Below, one piece after another: positions 20,501 through 27,575 of a DNA stretch of 27,575 bases. This DNA comes from Halocafeteria seosinensis (lineage: Eukaryota), in NCBI GenBank assembly GCA_001687465.1, contig LVLI01000050.1, forward strand, positions 62,001 to 89,575. The letters run 5' to 3'. Position 1 is the stretch's first letter; each line of letters starts with the position of its first letter. The notes under the pieces are model-generated. The model was given only the letters and a program-made list of their open reading frames with translations, was not told the origin of the DNA and searched no databases. The position numbers and the translations under genes are program-made.

Positions 20501-21542
20501 AACACCTAGTGAAGAAGCGAATCGACTTGCGCCGCTGGCTTCAGGAAATGGAAAGAGTGAATTCAGCTCACTGATGCCATTCGCCTCCGCGGCATTCGTA
20601 GTTATTGCGTTCATGCTCTGTCTCATATTTATTTTGTATAGAAGGCGAGGCAACCAGAAGCGAGCAAGGGCATTGGGCGATTCAAACGCTGTAGTGGCAC
20701 GCCAGTTAGGAATTCCTATAGACCAGGTTCGAACTGATCAAGGCTTTACGTACACCAGTCATTTCATTAGGGCACGTAAGCATGAGTCGGTACAAGACGG
20801 AAAGGAATCAAATATTAGTGAGATAGCTGCTTTGAATCGTGGGAAGCTGGCATACTTCAATCCGTTGGCTCGCACAGTTTCGCCTCAGGTAGCTGCAACA
20901 AGGGAGCTAAAGGGTGACGGCGATGACGTTCAAAACCCGATGTTTCTAGCCTCCAAGACGAGCAAACAGGAGAGGATTGCACTCAAAACTTTTTCCGGTA
21001 TTGAAAACGCGTCAAAAGAGTATCGCGATCCCACATTCATTCCGGAGGCTAGTGGTATCACTCCCTCAAAACCATGTGTTGTGTATGTTGATTTAAACGT
21101 GCGAGGATCACCCAATGAAGTTCGCGTTGTATCGGTGAATGCTCCAAAACTCGGTACTGGGCAAACCCAGACTTCCAGACACAATTGTTCTTTAGTCAAA
21201 GTGGCCGCTGTGTCACAAATTGACATGTCGAAGATGAACCGCATTAATAAGGCACGGCTGACGCTGCGTCTGTGGAAAGCCAAGCTTCTTTCGGAACCAC
21301 CTCCTCTTATTGAGATCGAGACGGTTGACCGACCTCCAGAGTCTGCAAGCTCTTTAGACAAAAAAACAAGTGCAGTGCAAGAGCGGCGTTTGGAATTTGC
21401 GAACACACGAATGGTGAATCCATCTGGTCTTGTTTCGGAAGCTAAACGACACAAAGAACGTCAGCTGAGCTCAGATATGGCCCCAAGAGCACAATTCTTC
21501 CCAAAATCAATTAGACTGAAGCGCCATGCAGCTCAGGGCTGA
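17562..21542 (+). CDS. Array gene 5: short acidic GLUG-like ectodomain, very long stalk, TM and divergent conserved tail
   Basis: 1326-aa ORF. The start is uncertain because there are further in-frame ATGs at 17685 and just downstream. The leader is ILTWIRFVCVALLVNAISEVVHA, followed by ~5 repeats and the cap WSEMVWAVG..ALPILRFQ. The stalk spans ~18845-20550. The TM is FASAAFVVIAFMLCLIFILY + RRR, and the tail contains LTLRLWKAKLLSEPPPLIEIE. Confidence 0.92.
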   Translation: MPRAKGRKRHTVPSIRGTNTHFPPILEHIESLLVLDSQTNLMDPTKRAQMRRNSNETGLFDRCLRTAHIDRVRILTWIRFVCVALLVNAISEVVHAKNWAPAIRRGQGPECFEYDVDTRVFSLICDTEWERENDYIELEAKESFDGMDHWIDLTHIDGFDGMFRVSRNVESFEKAPTVRNLHLIGGSTENGGGFIVQEKQHYFIVDSCSTTGSILGRESGGICGESCGKDGKVTIVRSYSTGDILGEEAGGIVGSKAAENQGTVEISQCYTLGAISGRYSGGVAGYDASGEDGTLTIRDCYTRGLISGELAGGICGGFDDMEGGTLEIRNVYSSGSIDSEDAGGILGETPDDEDDNQVSVYYSVYNGGESKRMIGRKGELEPHVEGISAELEVISGKLYSYDGGQWSEMVWAVGRGDEALPILRFQEPTPSPSPTATASFTASLTSTVTSTSTQSATSTNTVTASMSATATSSSTVTMTPTLSGTASPLSTRSPTSTSSPSVSKTVTSSRTATTSSSPTISSTFTCSASVSPTSSTTSQSTTSPTLTPTSSFTTSLTSTTTSTGTSTTTVTGTASTSATATSSSTVTMTPTLSGTASPLSTRSPTSTSSPSVSNTGTSSRTATTSNSPTVSSTFTCSASASPTSSNTSQSTTSPALTPTSSFTTSLMSTTTSTGTSTTTVTGTASTSATATSSSTATMTPTLSGTAYFLSTRSPTSTSSPSVSNTVTASVSPSPTETASNSHSVSATCTRSESTSSTLGPTSRKSVGPTVTSTPPFPSSLASTAATFANPVTASMSATAIPSSSVTVSCIQSNTIPPPGTRSSTSTTSSRLASMSATASFSSTVTISSIQIGTTSPLGLKTPSPTSTTSLCVSNTTASSVTLFPTAAKTNSHTFPATSTRSGSDTVSRTPSLTNSVLPTGTAKHLSFSATASTSPTSADVTAAAGTYSTVPSNSTPTHSSTCSSSSSAIVSAFSPASFTPTPSEEANRLAPLASGNGKSEFSSLMPFASAAFVVIAFMLCLIFILYRRRGNQKRARALGDSNAVVARQLGIPIDQVRTDQGFTYTSHFIRARKHESVQDGKESNISEIAALNRGKLAYFNPLARTVSPQVAATRELKGDGDDVQNPMFLASKTSKQERIALKTFSGIENASKEYRDPTFIPEASGITPSKPCVVYVDLNVRGSPNEVRVVSVNAPKLGTGQTQTSRHNCSLVKVAAVSQIDMSKMNRINKARLTLRLWKAKLLSEPPPLIEIETVDRPPESASSLDKKTSAVQERRLEFANTRMVNPSGLVSEAKRHKERQLSSDMAPRAQFFPKSIRLKRHAAQG
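18870..19740 (+). repeat. 330-bp (110-aa) tandem repeat in gene 5 stalk, ~2.5 copies
   Basis: TCAGCAACTGCTACCTCAAGCTCCACCG... occurs at 18960, 19290 and 19620 (period 330) with few mismatches. More degenerate ASMSATA copies lie near 19935 and 20055. Confidence 0.92.
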
Positions 21543-22680
21543 GCTCATGCGCTGTTCGCTGTTACCCTTTATATATATGATGAACTCCGGGATCGAACAC
21601 ATACAGCTAGTGTGGCTTATGCAAACGATTGACCCGGAACTGGCTCCATTTAGGAAGCGGTAGTAGGCTTGTCGATCGGGATGGGCGGGTTTATCCCACC
21701 ATGGTGAACCCGTTTGAACGGGAGACGCCGTCTCTGTGCGTCGTGAATCCAAAGAATCTGAAACTGAGTTTCGGAGCATGTTTTTCTAGTCCTCGACTGA
21801 TTCACCTCCGCAACCACGAGCATATTTAATCCAACAAAGGTTATGCGACCAATCGGACATTTCGCAAATAACGCAACGCTGCCGTTCCTGTGGTGTACTC
21901 TTTCCATGTCATCGTTTCCGAATGTACCATCACCTCAGCCTACGTCTTCCGTTCCAGGCTCGGATTCCGTAAGCCGTGCTCCCATTGATCACTACTGTAT
22001 ACCATCTTTCCTCTCGACTGTAGCTTTGCAGTTCCGGATGCAAATCAAGCACCCAAAAATACCTTACTGAACCTCTCTCAACATCCGTCATGGTCATTTG
22101 CCACCGTCTTGCTCCCTCAACCGTCACCATTGAATCATGGAGTTGATTACTGCATACACGGTATGAGGCGCATGTTTGACTGTACACCCTCTTCAAAAGG
22201 GAGATAGCCTTCATTGTTTTTCACAGGGGTAGAAGAGGAGATCCTTCTTTTTCTTTCCCTATCACTACTAAATCTATCTGCATTTTCTTTCTTGAAAGCA
22301 TCTCCAACCGTGGATACACAGATTTTCTTCGCTACTTTTGTCCTTTTCCAGGCATAGATAGCTTTCAGTGGTACATCGAAAATATAGGAAGGGAGTATAA
22401 GGGTCGAAAAGCTGTATACAGCTCATCCTGCTCAGTAAAAGTCCCACTGAAGTCACTGCAATCGGCTTTCAACGGACTTAAACTATCGTATCCTACACCT
22501 ACTGAGACGCAGCAATTTGGGGCATCGTTTCCCTTTTCCTCAATAGTGTCCTGTGTAGGAGTATAGCAGATCAATTGACGTAATGGACCCAGATAAACGT
22601 CCGGAGAACAGCTGCAGAAGCCGCCACCACTCAACCCTTTTTCTTCCAGATGAGGAAACGTCACATCACTCTCTGTTTTA

Positions 22681-24024
22681 ATGTTCTTCATAGTGCCCTT
22701 CCCTTGCATATTGCAAAAAGCAGAGTTGGTTGCGTATGCTGAGAATCTAGGCCCGCTGATTCGACAAGATAATGGGCCAGACTGTATTGTGTATAAGAAC
22801 GAGTCACGGAAGTTCCACTTGATATGTAATATGATGTGGCCTAAGACGTATGACTACATTGAGCTCATGGGCCAAGAAGTATTCGATGGGATGGGACACG
22901 CCATAGATTTGGGGCATGTTAGTCGAAATCGCGGAATATTCACTATTGGACCCAGCGTGAACAGTTTTGACGATGCTCCTAGATATACCATCCAAAATCT
23001 ACACCTCGTTGGTGGAGCTACAGAAAAATTAGGTGGATTTCTGGTTCAAGAGAGACAGGAATACTTTGTTGTGGACTCATGTAGTACTACCGGGGAAATC
23101 CAAGGCTATGGCTCAGGCGGTATATGTGGTTATGAATGCGGAATAGGTGGAGAAATAATGATATCAAATTCGTACTCCACTGGGGACATTAGCGGCTATG
23201 GCGCAGGAGGAGTGGTAGGGAGCTCAGTAGCAAGTGATGGTGGTATGGCTCATATAAACAATTGCTCCTCCGGCGGAAGAATCTCTGCTACTCCTACATC
23301 TAGTGGGATAGGACTCTCGTCTGTGAGTGCAACTCCTAGATCTAGTGGGACAGGACTCTCGTCTGTAACTGCAACTTTCAGTAGCAGTGGCAGTGTTACT
23401 CCTAGTGGTACTCTCACCGAGACTTCATCTTCTACAGTCCTCATGACCAAGACCGTCTCTCCTAGTCTTGCGCCAACAGTGACTCTCACGCGTACACGCA
23501 CATCTTCAGCTACTGGGAGTGTTTCTGCAACAGTGGAAACTAGCTTGACAGAGAGTAGCTCTGGTACCCTTTCGTTGCCGCACACAGGAACTGCAACGGC
23601 AACGACTGCTACTTCTGGTGCAGGGGGAAGGGTATTATTTTCATCTACTGCTACACCGTTGGGAACACAGTTGGAACCAACGACCCAAGATGCAAGTCCA
23701 ACTTCTTCATCCGTTAGTACCTCTATGGTAACAGGGGATCCAACCCACGCTGCGAACCACACCTGCCAAATGGTTTCAAGTAGAATGACTGTCTTCAGTA
23801 GTAGCCCGGAGACCGCAGAAACTCCATCAAGTGCTGAGCGTACTGTTGAGGTAGACTCTCAAGCTGCAGTTCCTACACACTCCCCGGCCGCTGGAGGCGT
23901 AAAGAGTGTCCGAAAAATTAGTTTGCCGCTCTTAGTTTGTTGTAACAAGATTGCTTCTAGTACAACAGTTGTACGCGGATACCAGAAGCCAGAAAGTGAA
24001 CATAATCACGTCTTGCCGTCCTAA
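22681..24024 (+). pseudogene. Array gene 6: internally deleted, anchorless paralog (probable pseudogene, or possibly a soluble form)
   Basis: Homology to gene 5 begins at about LVAYAENLGPLIRQDNGPDCIVY (~22726). There are only 2 GGIxG-type repeats before a direct in-frame jump to the S/T stalk at ~23286, with no LPILRFQ cap. No TM-YRRRK or WKAKLL tail is present before the stop or visible downstream. Confidence 0.7.
23287..23370 (+). repeat. 42-bp (14-aa) direct repeat x2 at the start of the gene 6 stalk
   Basis: ATPTSSGIGLSSVS / ATPRSSGTGLSSVT. Both copies share TCTAGTGGGA(T/C)AGGACTCTCGTCTGT. Confidence 0.85.
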
Positions 24025-24068
24025 CTATCCAACGCACTGGTACATTTCCACTTAGCCGGTAGCCCGTA

Positions 24069-24458
24069 AATAATACATACTACGATGTGACAGTGCCAAA
24101 CCCGCTCACGGGAGACAGGACAGCGGGAAGACCCCTCACCATCGCGGCGGAAGCGGAGAAGATGAAGCGGACAAAATACGGGCACCTGAGGGACCACCAC
24201 ACGGAAATTACCCCGTTCGCGATAGAGGCGACGGGCGGCTTCGGGGAACACGCAATCAAGTTCCTCAAAAGAATTGCCAGGAAAGCACCGGGCTCCCGCT
24301 GTGGAGACGGAACTTCCGCAAGGCCAAACTGTCAGTCACGTTGATGCGCCACAACGTGAAAATGTTGGACCGGTTCCGGGTAGGGTTCATCCCTCACATG
24401 GCGTAGCGTAGCCTGTAGCAGACATGTCTTCCGGTAGGAGCAATGCACACTACTACTA
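24069..24458 (+). mobile_element. 5'-truncated non-LTR retrotransposon fragment with a C-terminal restriction-like endonuclease (CRE-like)
   Basis: The first frame reads YYDVTVPNP...AAEAEKMKRTKY...ITPFAIEATGGFGEHAIKFLKRIA. After a 1-nt frameshift near 24290 it continues LWRRNFRKAKLSVTLMRHNVKML...MA*, which matches the D...E..K..KY...P...E..G and LSxxLxRxN pattern of RLE elements. A short 3' UTR ends in (CTA)3 at 24450-24458. Candidate 5-bp TSD CCGTA at 24064-24068 and 24459-24463. Confidence 0.82.
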
Positions 24459-25009
24459 CCGTACTGGGATGAGAACCCTTTGTACACCTCTGAAAGTCTA
24501 AAAGTGAGATCTTGCTTTCATGCGCTTGGAACAGGTGCTAACGCCATTAAGAATGTGTTCATTTCTTCTACTCATTGTCATGTTAGTCTATCTGTAGCAA
24601 TGTGACTACTGTGCAGAGTTGTTTGCATCTTTGTTGCGCCTCGTTGCTTGCTGACTCTTGTGGCCCAAGTTCAAGTTGTGGGCCAACACTACCAACATCC
24701 CTCCCCCAACAATCGCGCACTTTAATTGCATAACATCTCTGTTGGCTATGACTTGCGCAATTACCTTGGCTACCTTGGCGATTTAAGGTAAAAGTACGGG
24801 TCACTTCCTCACAGTTCCTGTACTTCAAGAAAGAACATCGTTGATCGCCCGCACCCCGAAGAAAGAGTACGGCCGGTATCACGAAGGTTTGATTACTTTG
24901 CAGAGAACACCAAACGTATTTGAGCGTTTGATTATGTAGGCATACAGGTAAAAGCTAAAATTATCGTGCAGCTTTGCTTTGCTGCTTTCTCTCAATACCA
25001 TTGTGTTAG

Positions 25010-25208
25010 TGGCCTGGGCGGCTTCATTAAATTGCCGACGCTCTTTCTCTGATCTGTCGTACCACATATTACCAAACTTCTTTTCAGTCTCTGCTAGATA
25101 AAAAATATGTGTAACATGGAGGAAACTCTCTGTGGAGCCTTGAAAGCATGAGATTTTCGTCGTACAATGGAACGACATTCAGCCGCGTGGCGGTGGCCGT
25201 GGCCGCCG
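25010..25208 (-). pseudogene. Possible decayed HMG-box fragment
   Basis: The minus strand reads RRPRPPPRG*MSF...LAETEKKFGNMWYDRSEKERRQFNEAA. This resembles the HMG-box PKRPxSxxMxF start and KxLGxxWxxLSxxEKxxYxxxA helices. There is an in-frame stop and probably frameshifts. The resemblance is by eye only. Confidence 0.35.
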
Positions 25209-25318
25209 TAGATTAACCATTAACGACCGCAGTCAAAGGACTTATACGTGTAAAGCCTCGTGGATAGTAGCCATTGGATGTGCTATAGGTATTCCTCTTG
25301 GAGGCATCAATTCGCAAG

Positions 25319-27575
25319 ATGAGGCAAGTAGGATGGAGACACGGTCTTGACCGAGCGGTACGATGGATTAGCCGCCGCCATCGTGGTTGTGCCAAGAGCA
25401 ATATGATGGGGAAATTTCACTGGTTCCAGGTTCTGGTATCCGCGTTGCTTTGGGGAGGTGTAACACAGAATACGTGGCTAGTGTATGCTCGAGATCTGAG
25501 GGAGCGTATCCTCGCGGGAAAGATACCGTGTATTGAGTATTCCGAAGAGCGCATGCAATTCACTCAAAATTGTGACTTAAAGTGGGATTGGGGAGAAGAG
25601 AGCATAACATTGGAATCTAGGGAAACCTTTGATGGCCTGAATCATTACATAGACCTAGGGGAATTGGACAATTTCTTCGGAATATTCACCATTCATGAAG
25701 AGGTTACCACGTTTGCCGTTGCGCCTACCATACGCAATCTTCGGGTCCAAAGGGGCTATACTAGCGACGGAGGGGGTTTTCTTGTTCAACCAGAACAGAG
25801 GTACTTCATTGTAAAGTCGTGCAACACAACTGGTGAGATTCGTGGGGTGGGTTCAGGTGGTATTTGTGGACGTCGGTGTGGTGTTAAGAGGGGAGAAATT
25901 AGGATTAGTTATTCTTTCTCCAGTGGTGACATTAACGGCAAGAATGCAGGAGGAATTGTTGGGGAACAAGCAGGATATGGAAACGGAATTGCTCGCATAA
26001 GCAGCTGCTATTCAAACGGCTTAATTTCTGGGATTTATGCAGGAGGTATTGCGGGCTCCATGACTGCAAAAGGGGAAGGGTATGTTCATATTTTTCACTG
26101 TTACTCTTTTGGAAATATGGTCAGCAGCACTGAGGGGATCATTGGTAGTGGGGGTATCGCTGGAGGACTAGCAGCTGAAAATGGAGGGTTTGTCGAAATC
26201 AAGCAATGCAATTCCACTGGAGCCATTTCTGCGGTAGGGAGTGGTGGGATCACTGGCTACAACACAGCTGTCGATGGAGGAAAAGTTACCATAACCGATA
26301 GCTATAGCCGAGGTGAAATATCGGGTCGCAGTGCTGGTGGTATATGTGGAGGCGTCGATAATGAAATTAGTGGGAAGATACATGTCACAAATACTTACTC
26401 TTCTGGGGCAATTGGCGATACTGCCGGGGGGATATTAGGAGGGATGGGAGATAATGATGAGTTCAATAAAGTACGTTGCTCTGTGTTCAATGGTGAAGGA
26501 GACTGTAGGAAAATGACAGGTGATCGCGATAAGCTGAGCTGTGGGAGCAATTCTCCAGATTTGGGCGAGATAGAGAGGACACTATATAAGCATGATGACT
26601 GTCACTGGTCTGACCACATTTGGGGAACTAGAGATGAGGTAAAGTTTCCAACTTTACGATATCCCCCGGCCAGTCCGACACCAACGCCAACGTCAACACC
26701 AACATCTTCTTTTACTTCCCCAAGTACACCAACATGCACTCGTAGTCCCAGCTATACCTCAACGGGTAGTATGACACAAACAGCCACGCCAACGTATAGC
26801 GCAACGGTGTCACCGACACTGTCCACTTCAGCATCAAGAAGCGCGTCCAGCTCCGCGACTACTAGTGCTACCGGCACCAAGACCTCGTCCGTTACTACTT
26901 CTCAAACAGCGGAGAGGACAAATTCCGTCACAGTTACTCCCACTCCAAGTGAGACACCCTCCCAGTCGAGAACAAGCAGCCACACTAGTACGCCTACAAG
27001 CACTAAAACTTCGTCGCCTACTACTTCCCAAACAGCAGAGAGGACAAGCTCTGTCACAGTTACTCCCACACCAAGTGAGACACCCTCCCAGTCGAGAACA
27101 AGCAGCCACACTAGTACGCCTACAAGTACTAAAACTTCGTCGCCTACTACTTCCAAAACAGCAGAGAGGACAAGCTCTGTCACAGTTACTCCAACTCCAA
27201 GTGAGACAGCCTCCCAGTCGAGAACAAGCAGCCACACTAGTACGCCTACAAGGTCTAAGACTTCGTCACCTACTACTTCCCAAACAGCAGAGAGGACAAG
27301 CTCTGTCACAGTTACTCCCGCTCCAAGTGAGACATCCTCCGAGTCGAGAACAAGCAGCCACACTAGTACGCCTACAAGTACTAAAACTTCATCGCCTACT
27401 ACTTCCCAAACAGCAGAGAGGACAAGCTCTGTCACAGTTACTCCCGCTCCAAGTGAGACAGCCTCCCAGTCGAGAACAAGCAGCCACACTAGTACGCCTA
27501 CAAGGTCTAAGACTTCGTCACCTACTACTTCCCAAACAGCAGAGAGGACAAGCTCTGTCACAGTTACTCCCACAC
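25319..27575 (+). CDS. Array gene 7 (3'-partial): GLUG-like repeat / mucin-stalk protein, missing from the ORF track
   Basis: ATG 25319 (alternative 25403) gives MRQVGW...FHWFQVLVSALLWGGV..VYARDLRERILAGKIPCIEY...ETFDGLNHYIDL...APTIRNLRV..GGGFLVQPEQRYFIVKSC. It has ~7 GGIxG repeats and the cap WSDHIWGT...FPTLRY at ~26660. The S/T stalk stays open to the window end. Confidence 0.9.
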   Translation, partial: MRQVGWRHGLDRAVRWISRRHRGCAKSNMMGKFHWFQVLVSALLWGGVTQNTWLVYARDLRERILAGKIPCIEYSEERMQFTQNCDLKWDWGEESITLESRETFDGLNHYIDLGELDNFFGIFTIHEEVTTFAVAPTIRNLRVQRGYTSDGGGFLVQPEQRYFIVKSCNTTGEIRGVGSGGICGRRCGVKRGEIRISYSFSSGDINGKNAGGIVGEQAGYGNGIARISSCYSNGLISGIYAGGIAGSMTAKGEGYVHIFHCYSFGNMVSSTEGIIGSGGIAGGLAAENGGFVEIKQCNSTGAISAVGSGGITGYNTAVDGGKVTITDSYSRGEISGRSAGGICGGVDNEISGKIHVTNTYSSGAIGDTAGGILGGMGDNDEFNKVRCSVFNGEGDCRKMTGDRDKLSCGSNSPDLGEIERTLYKHDDCHWSDHIWGTRDEVKFPTLRYPPASPTPTPTSTPTSSFTSPSTPTCTRSPSYTSTGSMTQTATPTYSATVSPTLSTSASRSASSSATTSATGTKTSSVTTSQTAERTNSVTVTPTPSETPSQSRTSSHTSTPTSTKTSSPTTSQTAERTSSVTVTPTPSETPSQSRTSSHTSTPTSTKTSSPTTSKTAERTSSVTVTPTPSETASQSRTSSHTSTPTRSKTSSPTTSQTAERTSSVTVTPAPSETSSESRTSSHTSTPTSTKTSSPTTSQTAERTSSVTVTPAPSETASQSRTSSHTSTPTRSKTSSPTTSQTAERTSSVTVTPT
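26876..27575 (+). repeat. 126-bp (42-aa) tandem repeat in gene 7 stalk, more than 5 copies
   Basis: Units ACTACTTC.. start at 26894, 27020, 27146, 27272, 27398 and 27524. Consensus TTSQTAERTSSVTVTPxPSETxSQSRTSSHTSTPT(S/R)(T/S)KTSSP. Confidence 0.95.

Noticed and set aside
22365..22709. 114-aa minus-strand ORF upstream of gene 6
   Set aside because: It has no recognisable motif. It might be inserted foreign sequence, but I cannot support it as a gene.
24069..24458. Diversity-generating retroelement driving ectodomain variation
   Set aside because: No reverse transcriptase domain or template/variable repeat pair with adenine-specific differences is visible. The fragment is only an endonuclease C-terminus.
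26876..27575. Regular repeat that could be mistaken for a CRISPR array
   Set aside because: The units are contiguous 126-bp in-frame coding repeats with no unique spacers, and there are no cas genes.

Overview
The window is almost entirely one tandem array of seven paralogous, apparently intronless + strand genes. Gene 1 is cut by the left edge and gene 7 by the right edge; gene 7 is absent from the supplied ORF track because no stop occurs in the window. The intact members share one architecture: N-terminal hydrophobic leader, a Cys/Gly-rich ectodomain of ~31-aa GLUG-like repeats (CxSxGxI...GGIxG), a W...LPILRFQ cap, a Ser/Thr/Pro mucin-like stalk, one transmembrane helix followed by basic residues (YRRRKN-like), and a ~300-330 aa cytoplasmic tail. 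The tail has a conserved core that I cannot assign to a known domain (VAVAAxLDTxQL...LKLRxWKAKLLAEPPPL). Members differ in repeat number (about 5 to 14 per module), loop insertions, module number and stalk length, so the locus looks like a diversifying receptor/adhesin repertoire. Gene 6 is internally deleted and lacks the anchor and tail. It is followed by a 5'-truncated, frameshifted RLE-type non-LTR retrotransposon fragment and a possible decayed HMG-box remnant. Long spacers (about 0.6-1.3 kb), type I membrane architecture and the retroelement suggest a eukaryote, probably a protist. This is inference, and a giant-virus or endogenous viral origin cannot be excluded. No rRNA, tRNA or CRISPR array was seen.
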